Below are positions 18,641-27,088 of a stretch of DNA of 64,000 bases, piece by piece. Location of the stretch: IMG/VR virus record IMGVR_UViG_3300011337_000669, one strand, 5' to 3'. Position 1 is the first letter of the stretch. Each line of letters opens with the position of its first letter. Below the pieces are notes generated by a model. That model saw only the letters and a program-made list of their open reading frames with translations. It had not been told where the DNA came from and searched no databases. The stretch comes from a virus (Duplodnaviria; Caudoviricetes). The translations under genes were made by a program, and so were the position numbers.

Positions 18641-19289
18641 TAATTGGTATGTTTATATTCACATCAGAAAAGACAAAAACGAAGTTTTCTATGTCGGTAT
18701 TGGTAATAAAAAAAATTATGGTCGGGCATTTGAATTTAGAAAAGATAAGAGAAATCAAATTTGGTGGAAAGTTTATTGTAAAACAGAAATAGATGTAAAA
18801 ATTATTCACGATAATTTATCCAAAATAGAATCATCAAATAAGGAAACCGACCTAATCAAAAAATATGGAAGAAAGGACTTGAGTGAGGGTACTCTAACTA
18901 ATATGACTGATGGTGGCGATGGAATATGGAATTGTATTATGTCTGAAAACACTAAAGAAAAAATGAGACAATCCAAATTAGGGGATAAAAACCCCAATTT
19001 TGGTAAATCACCATCGAAAGAAACCACATTAAAACGAAGTAAATCTTTAACAGGTCAAAAAAGAAGTGAAGAAACAAAGAAAAAACAATCAATTTCATCT
19101 ATAAAATCAGGACAGGCTAAAGAAGTAGACGTTTTCAAATTCAGTACGAATGAATTTATTGGCAGGTTTCATTCAATTTCCGAAGCGTGTAGATTTTTGG
19201 GATTCCATCACTTAAACGGTAAAGCGGTAATGGTTGCTAACGGAAAAAGAAACCAAACTCAAGGTTATGTATTTTCATACACTAACTAA
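18630..19289 (+). CDS. GIY-YIG homing endonuclease with NUMOD3/NUMOD1-like domains
   Basis: VYIH..FYVGIG, LTNMTDGGDG, SEETKKKQS, GRFHSISEA. Confidence 0.88.
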   Translation: MSHNNWYVYIHIRKDKNEVFYVGIGNKKNYGRAFEFRKDKRNQIWWKVYCKTEIDVKIIHDNLSKIESSNKETDLIKKYGRKDLSEGTLTNMTDGGDGIWNCIMSENTKEKMRQSKLGDKNPNFGKSPSKETTLKRSKSLTGQKRSEETKKKQSISSIKSGQAKEVDVFKFSTNEFIGRFHSISEACRFLGFHHLNGKAVMVANGKRNQTQGYVFSYTN

Positions 19290-19397
19290 ACTATTCAAAA
19301 AAAATTAATACTTATAGAAGTAAAAAAAATCTATGACTTTAGGAAAAGATAGCATGAATTAAAAAGAAATATTTATCTTTGTTGTAAATAAATAACC

Positions 19398-19637
19398 ATG
19401 ATGACAATGAATATGACTTCCGCAATCAAAGATTTCAAGTGGGTACTCAAACTACTTCAATCTTCAAAAAGTAAAGAACATCTGGATACGACACTTCGGT
19501 GTTTTAATCTTTGGGAAAACAAACACACCAAAGAAATACTCACTGATGCGGATGCCGATGCGGTAAAACATATGAGATATCAATTTTGGTGTTTTTTCAA
19601 AAATAAAAATTCAAGATTCGGAATCTTAGCAAAGTAA
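19398..19637 (+). CDS. hypothetical protein
   Basis: ORF track; TATCTTTG at 19374-19381. Confidence 0.7.
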   Translation: MMTMNMTSAIKDFKWVLKLLQSSKSKEHLDTTLRCFNLWENKHTKEILTDADADAVKHMRYQFWCFFKNKNSRFGILAK

Positions 19638-19740
19638 AAAAAAATTACTCTGTGGATACCGTGAACCGAATTTTTTTGAAAATTAATATATTTATTAACA
19701 CAATCGCTCACAAAGTGAGTGTTCTCATATATCCCTTTAT

Positions 19741-19778
19741 TTAAGACCCACATTTTTTGGTGGGTCTTATTTTTTTTA
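19741..19778 (+). terminator. intrinsic terminator
   Basis: AAGACCCAC/GTGGGTCTT stem followed by T tract. Confidence 0.75.
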
Positions 19779-19806
19779 CTATATTTGTATATTAAATCTA
19801 AAGACT

Positions 19807-20307
19807 ATGAACTGGCAAAACCTCACTTATCCAATCCGAAGAAAATATCAACAAATCAAACGAGTAATCGACTTTTTACCGATTATTTGGAATGGATTTG
19901 ATTTTGATTATGTCTATTCCATCCAACTTTTCAAGAAACAATTGGAAAGACAGGCGAAATTCTTTGAATCCGGTAAATCATATTCAGATAGGGCAAAACA
20001 AGATGCGTCAAGAATCAGAACCGCAATTCGTTTGATGGATAAAGTTTATGATGAAGAATATTCCACAGAATGGACTGATATAATCAGAGAGAAATACGGA
20101 GATGATGTATTAGATTCGGATTGGGAAGAAACAAGTCAAGGAAGTGGGTTATCTTATCACAGATGGAAGTATGAAAGTTGGGATAAAGCCGAAGAAATCA
20201 GACAAGTTAAACTCGACCTGATTAATAAAGGAGAGGCTAAACAAAGGAAAGCGGAACAATTAGTATGGAAATTTGTAGGTCACAATATTCGTTACTGGTG
20301 GTCTTGA
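19807..20307 (+). CDS. hypothetical protein
   Basis: ORF track; TATATTTG at 19780-19787. Confidence 0.8.
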   Translation: MNWQNLTYPIRRKYQQIKRVIDFLPIIWNGFDFDYVYSIQLFKKQLERQAKFFESGKSYSDRAKQDASRIRTAIRLMDKVYDEEYSTEWTDIIREKYGDDVLDSDWEETSQGSGLSYHRWKYESWDKAEEIRQVKLDLINKGEAKQRKAEQLVWKFVGHNIRYWWS

Positions 20308-20308
20308 T

Positions 20309-20440
20309 ATGAAAATATTTGAAGTTTACGGACAAATTTATATCTTGCCTTTTGTTAAAGTAACCCATACAAGAGACCTTAACGGTGATTTAGAACTAAT
20401 TATTGGTTGGTTAAAATGGGGATTAATAATAAAATTATGA
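20309..20440 (+). CDS. 43-aa hypothetical protein
   Basis: Manual translation MKIFEVYGQIYILPFVKVTH...; ATGA overlap with next gene. Confidence 0.55.
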   Translation: MKIFEVYGQIYILPFVKVTHTRDLNGDLELIIGWLKWGLIIKL

Positions 20441-21114
20441 AAAAAATTGTCTTTATAAGCGATACACACAATAAACACAAACACCTTACAAGTAAGGGGA
20501 TGGGAAACATATTGGGTAGTGGTGATTACCTGATCCACGCAGGAGACTGCACAAGTATGGGGTCCAAAAACGAAATTACTCAGTTTTTGGAGTGGTTTTC
20601 AAATACTGATTTCAAACATAAAATTTTCATTGCTGGAAATCACGATTTTGGATTTGAACAACAAACTGATATTGCTCAAGAATACAAAGACATGGGAGTA
20701 ATCTATTTGTTTGACAATGAGGTTACCATCGATGGAATCAAATTTTATGGAAGTCCTTGGCAACCAGAGTTCCATAATTGGGCGTTCAACCTACCAAGAG
20801 GCGAAGAATTAGCACAAAAATGGGAACAAATTCCAAACGATGTTGATGTGTTAATAACACACGGACCAGCATATGGTATTTTGGATTATGCTCCAATAGG
20901 TGGTCATGTTGGTTGTGAAGAACTATATCGCAAAATTGTGGAGGTAAAACCAAAGATCCACGTTTGTGGTCACATCCACGATGGTTATGGACAAAAAACG
21001 ATGGGTGGAATCGAGTTCCTAAATGCGTCTGTACTCAACGATAGATATGAACATGCTCACAAACCAATTGTTGTTGAATACGATACTGAAACAAAAGAAA
21101 TTAATTATATCTAA
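20437..21114 (+). CDS. metallophosphoesterase (MPPED-like)
   Basis: SDTH, HAGD, AGNHD, THGP, CGHIH. Confidence 0.9.
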   Translation: MKKIVFISDTHNKHKHLTSKGMGNILGSGDYLIHAGDCTSMGSKNEITQFLEWFSNTDFKHKIFIAGNHDFGFEQQTDIAQEYKDMGVIYLFDNEVTIDGIKFYGSPWQPEFHNWAFNLPRGEELAQKWEQIPNDVDVLITHGPAYGILDYAPIGGHVGCEELYRKIVEVKPKIHVCGHIHDGYGQKTMGGIEFLNASVLNDRYEHAHKPIVVEYDTETKEINYI

Positions 21115-21116
21115 AA

Positions 21117-21593
21117 ATGAAAAAAATGTATCAGGTCTATCTCGATGACATTCGTACGCCAATTGAAAATGATTGGGAAATTGCAAGAGATTATGACCAA
21201 TTCGTAGAAGTAGTCCAAAGATTGGGATTAGATAATATTGGAGTGATTTCATTGGATCACGACTTAGGTGAAAGTGCAATGATTGAATATTATAATAACG
21301 TAAAAGATAACTATAAACTTGAATACGATAACATAGAAGAAAAAACTGGTTATGATTGTTGTAAATTTTTAGTTAATCTTAGTATGGATAGTGGTATTCC
21401 ATTGCCATCAATTTACGTTCATTCGGCAAATCCAATTGGAAGTCATAATATGATGGGTTACATTAACAATTATTTAAAGAATTGTAAACTAACTCAAAAC
21501 TGTGTTAGAAATGAAATACCCCATAAAATAGAGGAGGTCTTTATGTTGAGTCCAGAAGCGAGAGAAGCGAAATGGAAAAGAATTAAAAATTAA
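21117..21593 (+). CDS. cyclic-phosphate-processing receiver-like domain protein
   Basis: YLDDIRTP, ISLDHDLG, TGYD, HSANP motif set. Confidence 0.75.
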   Translation: MKKMYQVYLDDIRTPIENDWEIARDYDQFVEVVQRLGLDNIGVISLDHDLGESAMIEYYNNVKDNYKLEYDNIEEKTGYDCCKFLVNLSMDSGIPLPSIYVHSANPIGSHNMMGYINNYLKNCKLTQNCVRNEIPHKIEEVFMLSPEAREAKWKRIKN

Positions 21594-21636
21594 GTAAAAT
21601 TCACTGTATAAAAAAAAGATGGAGAAATCCATCTTT

Positions 21637-21849
21637 TTATTTTTTAACTCGAGTCTGTTTTCTTGCTTCCTTAGCTAATTCTCCTAAGGTCTTCTTTTTC
21701 TGTTCTGTCGGGTGTTTGAATCCTGGTTTGTATCTAAATTCTACCGATATTGGTCCATTTTTGTTAATATCGGAATTGTACTTGAATACCGATACTGATT
21801 CCTCATCTTCATAAGTTATTTCCCACTTTGTAGTTCCTGATGTTCTCAT
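21637..21849 (-). CDS. hypothetical protein
   Basis: ATG at 21849 just downstream of TATATTTG (21854-21861). Confidence 0.7.
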   Translation of the reverse strand: MRTSGTTKWEITYEDEESVSVFKYNSDINKNGPISVEFRYKPGFKHPTEQKKKTLGELAKEARKQTRVKK

Positions 21850-21915
21850 ACCACAAATATACCTAATTTTTTCTAAATAAAAAATCCCCACTCTTTTGGG
21901 TGGGGATTAGTTAAT

Positions 21916-22167
21916 TTACTCTTCTGTTGAGTCTTCTTTACCTTTGTTAATCCATTTGTCGATTGACCCGATTCCAAAGGAACCAAGAACTAACCATAAG
22001 AAGGCATTAAAGATGAATTCGTTTATCACTAGGTCTTTACCTAAAGATCCGGTTACAATATCCGCAATAGCGAATCCTGTCATCATTACAAACGCCATAA
22101 ACCCTACGACGCTTTTTTCATTGATTGTGTTGTTGTCATTGAACAACTGAGATAAGAATTTTTTCAT
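21916..22167 (-). CDS. small two-TM membrane protein (holin candidate)
   Basis: Two hydrophobic helices; TATTTAT at 22192-22198. Confidence 0.65.
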   Translation of the reverse strand: MKKFLSQLFNDNNTINEKSVVGFMAFVMMTGFAIADIVTGSLGKDLVINEFIFNAFLWLVLGSFGIGSIDKWINKGKEDSTEE

Positions 22168-22202
22168 AGTATTTTGGCAATTTACTTACCAATAAATATA
22201 AC

Positions 22203-22231
22203 AAAAAAAGGGAGACACCGTCGTGTCTCCC
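22203..22231 (-). terminator. intrinsic terminator closing the tRNA-like transcript
   Basis: GGGAGACAC/GTGTCTCCC 9-bp stem followed by T tract on - strand. Confidence 0.8.
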
Positions 22232-22498
22232 AATTTTCTCCGTCGAGAAAACATAGTGTGTCTTTTTGGATTGGGCTGATCACAAACCCCAAGGATGGAT
22301 GGTCCTTTGTTTTATTTATCGTCTCAAAACATCCAATAGTGACGTGTTTAATTTTATCTTTTTCAAGGTTAAGATAAAGGAAACAAAGACTTAAAACCTC
22401 CCATACCTGATTCTACGTTTTTCTAATTTATAAAGCGGAGAAGAAATTGTTAAGGTGAGTATGGGAAAACACCATTATAAAATATTCCGCTATCCATT

Positions 22499-22593
22499 TG
22501 GTGGTAAGAGTTCGATTCGAACGAACGGCTCACGGATTTCACTCCGCTGCTCTACCAATGTGAACTCAAGATTCACAACTGAGCTATCTTACC
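22499..22593 (-). tRNA. aberrant tRNA-Phe(GAA)-like gene with 20-nt D-loop insertion and 6-nt anticodon loop
   Basis: GGTAAGA/TCTTACC acceptor plus A-CCA encoded; GCTC/GAGC D stem; GCGGA-GTGAAA-TCCGT; GTTCG-TTCGAAT-CGAAC T arm. Confidence 0.8.
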
Positions 22594-22655
22594 ATATTGT
22601 TTCTCGGGGTTTGGAACCGAGTATCTTTCATCACCTGTAAGTCCCAAACCCTTTA

Positions 22656-22687
22656 CAAATATATAAAATTGTTTTCGGACTGTCAAA
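22656..22687 (-). promoter_or_regulatory. Bacteroidota-type promoter for the tRNA-like RNA
   Basis: TTTG (22684-22687), 20-nt spacer, TATATTTG (22656-22663). Confidence 0.7.
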
Positions 22688-22822
22688 CTATTTATGAAAA
22701 AAAGCCTCCCCGTAATGGGGCGTTTAGGACCGTTCCAGTTATGGGACAATTTAAGAGAACGATTCGCTACCGTTCTCTTTTTTTTATTATTTCTTTATAA
22801 TATATTTATAATAAAAAAGAAT

Positions 22823-22957
22823 ATGGCAAAAGGTACAAAAGGGGGTTCATCTCCATCTCGTAAAATTTCTTTTGGTAAAAAAAGAACAGGTGTGGCTAAA
22901 AAAGGTTATTCCAAATACGAACAAAAACCTAAACGATACGCTGGTCAAGGTAGGTAA
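22823..22957 (+). CDS. 44-aa highly basic protein
   Basis: MAKGTKGGSSPSRKISFGKKRTGVAKKGYSKYEQKPKRYAGQGR; TATTTAT at 22803-22809. Confidence 0.7.
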   Translation: MAKGTKGGSSPSRKISFGKKRTGVAKKGYSKYEQKPKRYAGQGR

Positions 22958-22995
22958 CTCAAGACTTTTTTTATTTTTTTTAATATATTCTCATC

Positions 22996-23286
22996 ATGTC
23001 GGATAAGAAACGTAGATTCTATCGCCTTTTGGAAACGTATATGAATGAGTCTCGGAAGGAAGATGTTGAACTTATGTATGGTAAAGATGCAAAAATCAAA
23101 GTTCATAATTGGACTCATAATGAGAAGGGAGACCAATTCATATTTGAACTAATTGTTGTGTTGGGAAATACAATTAATGAATCCGTTATGGACACAAACC
23201 TCGCAGAAGTATTATTGGAGGATGCATTACAATTTTTTTATCCTGAGGTGAAAAAAATATGTTATATGACGAGATTCGATGTCTAA
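22996..23286 (+). CDS. hypothetical protein
   Basis: ORF track. Confidence 0.7.
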   Translation: MSDKKRRFYRLLETYMNESRKEDVELMYGKDAKIKVHNWTHNEKGDQFIFELIVVLGNTINESVMDTNLAEVLLEDALQFFYPEVKKICYMTRFDV

Positions 23287-23288
23287 TA

Positions 23289-23573
23289 TTATAGACCTGT
23301 CGGATTTTTGGATTGCAAAAATTCCACTTTTACTGACAATGCCGCCACTTGTTCAGTAAGTTTTAATATAGTCGATCTCATCTCATCTTTTTCTTTGGAA
23401 GAATTTTCAAGAAGAGCCTCCAATTTAGCAATTCTATCTTTACAATCATGACGGATGAAATCTTCATCACTATCTCTTTTCATTGCTCTTTTTTCATAGA
23501 ATCTCCAAGCCGAACTCCCACCTAAAACTGTAATCAATGTAATTACTGCCGTCCAAATACTTTGTTCCTCCAT
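23289..23573 (-). CDS. N-terminal TM plus coiled-coil protein
   Basis: IWTAVITLITVLGG TM; heptad-rich C-terminus; TATTTAT at 23590-23596. Confidence 0.75.
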   Translation of the reverse strand: MEEQSIWTAVITLITVLGGSSAWRFYEKRAMKRDSDEDFIRHDCKDRIAKLEALLENSSKEKDEMRSTILKLTEQVAALSVKVEFLQSKNPTGL

Positions 23574-23647
23574 TTTGTACTTTTTGATTATAAATATGGT
23601 AGAAATAATGAATAAATTATTTTTAATAAAAAAAAATTAGGATAATA

Positions 23648-23905
23648 CTAATTCCATGAAAAATCGATACAACATTCGAAACCGAATAAGGCATTCAAAT
23701 ACTTTTCCACATGATAAAGTTTTTGAAGACTACATTCGTAGGAAACTTCCAACTGAATGAAAATCGAATAAGAATCGTCCACCCAATTTTCAGTATCTTC
23801 AACGTACTTGTAGGTTTTCCTGATTTCGAAATCCACAATCTTTAACTCAGGAAATTTCTCTTCCATGGCGTTTGTACAAATTATTTTTAATCGATCTTCG
23901 ACCAT
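23648..23905 (-). CDS. hypothetical protein (start uncertain; ATG alternative at 23866)
   Basis: ORF track. Confidence 0.6.
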   Translation of the reverse strand: MVEDRLKIICTNAMEEKFPELKIVDFEIRKTYKYVEDTENWVDDSYSIFIQLEVSYECSLQKLYHVEKYLNALFGFECCIDFSWN

Positions 23906-24270
23906 GTCATATCACTGTTTAATACTGTAGAGTAAAGATATTTTTGATTCCATAAGGAAGGTTCAATTATGGAGAGAAACTTCATCCCATCCTTTTTCTC
24001 ATAGAGGTGGTAAATCTCCCCTATAATCGGTTCAAACTTATAAGATGAGTCGTAGACCTCTTGAGTAATATTAAACGATTTTTGGAGGGTTTCTGCCTCT
24101 TTTAGAAGTTCTTGATACCTTCGGTTGAATATCTTGTTTGCTTTGTCCGTACCATTTTGTTTGAATGGTGTCAAATCAACGGGCACAATCTTCGGTGCTC
24201 CAACATGATGGGGATATTCCATCAAATTTGGGGTAAGATTGACTTTATCTAAATGAGATTGTGTGGACAT
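23887..24270 (-). CDS. DUF2452-like protein
   Basis: LMEYPHHVGAPKI..YKFEPIIGEIYHLY..FLSIIEP..W. Confidence 0.7.
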   Translation of the reverse strand: MSTQSHLDKVNLTPNLMEYPHHVGAPKIVPVDLTPFKQNGTDKANKIFNRRYQELLKEAETLQKSFNITQEVYDSSYKFEPIIGEIYHLYEKKDGMKFLSIIEPSLWNQKYLYSTVLNSDMTWSKID

Positions 24271-24326
24271 AAAAAAACCTCGGATATACCGAGGTTAAAT
24301 GTAATCATTATTTTGTAAGAAACAAA

Positions 24327-24824
24327 TTATTGTCCCTTAATCATTCCCAATCCATGCTTCAAAAATTCTTTTGCTCTTTGTGAAACATTAGACATCGCAT
24401 ATACTTTTTCAATATCTTTAACAAGTTCCTCACCGTTCTCATTTTCACGGTATAACTCAATAATTTTATCCATAACCTTATTACATTCTTTTTTGGTTTC
24501 GTCAAAATAGTTATAAGGTTTGAATTCTTTTAGTTGGTTCATTACATTAAACGCAATGTGTTCTCCACCGTCAGATATATTTGGGTGTAATCTTAAAGTT
24601 TTTAACAATTCCAATCGGTCCGTCAAACCATTAACACCATTCTTTCTAAGTTGAACTCCCTCGATGTAATCTTCAAGTTCGTCTGAACCAACAATGTCTT
24701 CAAGGGTTTTAACATTTCCACCATGACAGAATTTTCTATCATCTTTTTGTTCTGATTGTTCAATCATATATAATTTTTTGATTGATTGTTTTTCGTCTTC
24801 CGTAAGTACAAATCTTTTGCTCAT
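24327..24824 (-). CDS. leader-family protein (MSKRFVLTEDEKQSIKKLY)
   Basis: TATTTAT at 24829-24835. Confidence 0.8.
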   Translation of the reverse strand: MSKRFVLTEDEKQSIKKLYMIEQSEQKDDRKFCHGGNVKTLEDIVGSDELEDYIEGVQLRKNGVNGLTDRLELLKTLRLHPNISDGGEHIAFNVMNQLKEFKPYNYFDETKKECNKVMDKIIELYRENENGEELVKDIEKVYAMSNVSQRAKEFLKHGLGMIKGQ

Positions 24825-24880
24825 ACCAATAAATATATCAATCATTACAAATTGACAATCTATTTATTCTTAAAACTCGT

Positions 24881-25528
24881 ATGAAAAGATTTTTATATTC
24901 AGTCGCAATTGTTTTACTATCCCTTTTATTTGTAAGTTCATCTCAAATTAAGAATGAGGTTGTCCTAAAACACACAAATTACACATCAACATTCAGTATT
25001 TCCAAAAAATATCCTGTGATGGTTGAATGGTGGGTAACCAAAGCAATGGTAAGTTGCCCAACACCTCTCAAACGAAAAGATAATTTCAAACCAGATCCTC
25101 TTTTACCTGAACATACAAATTTATCACAAGATTATGTTGGAGGTGGATATGATCGAGGACACATGATACCTGCGGCAGATAATCTTTGTCAAACACAATT
25201 AGTGCAAGATGAAAGTTTCTATTTTTCTAATATGTCCGCACAAACTCCTCAACTAAACAGAGGCGATTGGAAGTCCTTAGAAACATTCACAAGAGACGAA
25301 GCCAAACTTAAAGATTCAATTCATGTTTGGGTTGGGAATGTTGGTGAAATTAAAAAAATAGGAAGAGTGTCCGTCCCAAAATATTGTTGGAAGGTAATTC
25401 ATATCAAAAAAGAAAATAAATGGATTGCGTACTTGTTTGAAAACAATACGTCAGCACCTGATGGGTTCAAAAACAACGAAGTTACCCTTAAAGAGATTAT
25501 GACTTTAACGGGATTTACATTTCGCTAA
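24881..25528 (+). CDS. DNA/RNA non-specific endonuclease (NucA/EndA family) with signal peptide
   Basis: YDRGHMIPAAD, FYFSNMSAQTPQLNRGDWKSLE. Confidence 0.92.
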   Translation: MKRFLYSVAIVLLSLLFVSSSQIKNEVVLKHTNYTSTFSISKKYPVMVEWWVTKAMVSCPTPLKRKDNFKPDPLLPEHTNLSQDYVGGGYDRGHMIPAADNLCQTQLVQDESFYFSNMSAQTPQLNRGDWKSLETFTRDEAKLKDSIHVWVGNVGEIKKIGRVSVPKYCWKVIHIKKENKWIAYLFENNTSAPDGFKNNEVTLKEIMTLTGFTFR

Positions 25529-25742
25529 ACAAATACTTGTTAATGTTGTCTATTGTAAAAATAGTTTCTCTTTTATCGTAGACATGTTCCCACAATGTTT
25601 TGTTCTTAAGATATGGGTGAGGTTGAGACTTCGCCCATTTTTTTCCCATCTCATAATCTTCAACTTTGTAGGTTAATTTTTTTGTTGGTTGTTTAGCAAT
25701 CCAACCTCTCACGGTCATTTTTAATTTGTGTAACATAAGCAT
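25515..25742 (-). CDS. hypothetical protein
   Basis: ORF track. Confidence 0.6.
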   Translation of the reverse strand: MLMLHKLKMTVRGWIAKQPTKKLTYKVEDYEMGKKWAKSQPHPYLKNKTLWEHVYDKRETIFTIDNINKYLFSEM

Positions 25743-25777
25743 AAAAAAACCCCTAATATAAGGGGTCTAAATTTTGT

Positions 25778-25972
25778 TTATAGATATAATCTTTGTGTAT
25801 CCAAATAAAGTTGTTTCATTCGTCCTTCCAAAATAGTAATTTGTTTTTGGTCTTCAGCAGAGACATCAAAACTTTTGGCTTTAATCAGTCTAACTTGTTC
25901 TGACATTTTTTCATATCTGAATAACATGTCGTTGTAAAGTTTTGCCTTTTCGTCGTTTGTTAAGTAACCCAT
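25778..25972 (-). CDS. small hypothetical protein
   Basis: ORF track; TATTTAT at 25986-25992. Confidence 0.75.
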   Translation of the reverse strand: MGYLTNDEKAKLYNDMLFRYEKMSEQVRLIKAKSFDVSAEDQKQITILEGRMKQLYLDTQRLYL

Positions 25973-26016
25973 AGTGTTGTTTTTTATAAATATATTATAG
26001 GGTTTATAATTGTAAA

Positions 26017-26298
26017 TTATTTTTCGTATTTGATTTCAGAGTGAGCTTTCTTAATACCGTCCAATCCTTTATAGATTAAATCCTTAACCTCAGGACGAGT
26101 CTTCTTCCCACCCTTGAACATGGATATCAACTCTTCCAAACTATCAATCACTTCTTCACTTGCGTCAATTACATCCAAATTACCATTGTCAGTATCCGTT
26201 TGCATAGGTTGTGTGTATATATCCAAATCCATGGCAACACTATTTGACCCTGCCTCCACTAATTTTTTATACTGACTTTCACTAATAATGACTTTCAT
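26017..26298 (-). CDS. leader-family protein (MKVIISESQY)
   Basis: Leader; bidirectional TATTTATAAATA at 26313-26324. Confidence 0.8.
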   Translation of the reverse strand: MKVIISESQYKKLVEAGSNSVAMDLDIYTQPMQTDTDNGNLDVIDASEEVIDSLEELISMFKGGKKTRPEVKDLIYKGLDGIKKAHSEIKYEK

Positions 26299-26333
26299 CG
26301 TAATCTGATTTATATTTATAAATACCTAAAAAT

Positions 26334-26891
26334 ATGGATATGAGACAAATTATAAAATTAATCTTCGTTTTGTCATTAGTTATTTTGACATCTTGTTCAA
26401 CTCAACAACGAGTAGTTTATAGAAACTGCGATTGTGACACCACAACATTCGGTTTCGGATGGAATAATAATCCGTATTGGGGGCTAAATAACCGATTTTA
26501 TGGGTGGAATGACCCATATTCGGGATGGAACAACTGGAATTGGCACCCATATCAAGTAATTCCAAGATATTACGTGTATCCTAATAGAATTCAACCATCT
26601 GAACCTTCAAGATATGAAAGAAGACAATCTATTGGGGCAAGACCAAGTAGAAATTATCAAAATGAAACCAATCGTACTGATAATTTATATCCAGGAAGAA
26701 CAGAACCGAACAGATATCAGAATGAAACTCCAAATAGATGGGAATCTCCATCAAGAGTTCAACAAAGAACAAATACACCTGTTACAACTCAACCAAGTAG
26801 GGTGGAATCACCTTCAAGGGTTCAACAACGTCAAAATACACCTGTTACAACACCACCAACAAGAAGTAGAGTCCAAAATAGGGAAAATTAA
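26334..26891 (+). CDS. predicted lipoprotein with low-complexity repeats
   Basis: LVILTSC lipobox; W/N-rich segment; SPSRVQQR.NTPVTT repeated twice. Confidence 0.75.
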   Translation: MDMRQIIKLIFVLSLVILTSCSTQQRVVYRNCDCDTTTFGFGWNNNPYWGLNNRFYGWNDPYSGWNNWNWHPYQVIPRYYVYPNRIQPSEPSRYERRQSIGARPSRNYQNETNRTDNLYPGRTEPNRYQNETPNRWESPSRVQQRTNTPVTTQPSRVESPSRVQQRQNTPVTTPPTRSRVQNREN

Positions 26892-27088
26892 GGGTTTTTT
26901 GAGGATTTTTCCTTCCATTCTAACCAAAAACCCGTTGCAACAATAATATTCATGCCCATTGAGGCTAAAATTTCGTATAAATCATGGTAAATGTTCATTG
27001 TTAGGTGTACATGACCAACAACCCAAAAAGGAATTGATAAGTTTGTTGCAATCCACGTGATTAAAAACTTAAAAAACTTCAATTTCAT
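26888..27088 (-). CDS. small two-TM membrane protein
   Basis: ORF track, hydrophobic. Confidence 0.65.
   Translation of the reverse strand: MKLKFFKFLITWIATNLSIPFWVVGHVHLTMNIYHDLYEILASMGMNIIVATGFWLEWKEKSSKNP

Noticed and set aside
18409-19305. AACTATT(T)CAAAAAAA near-repeat flanking the RHH plus GIY-YIG cassette
   Set aside because: Low-complexity A-rich sequence; insufficient as evidence of an insertion boundary.
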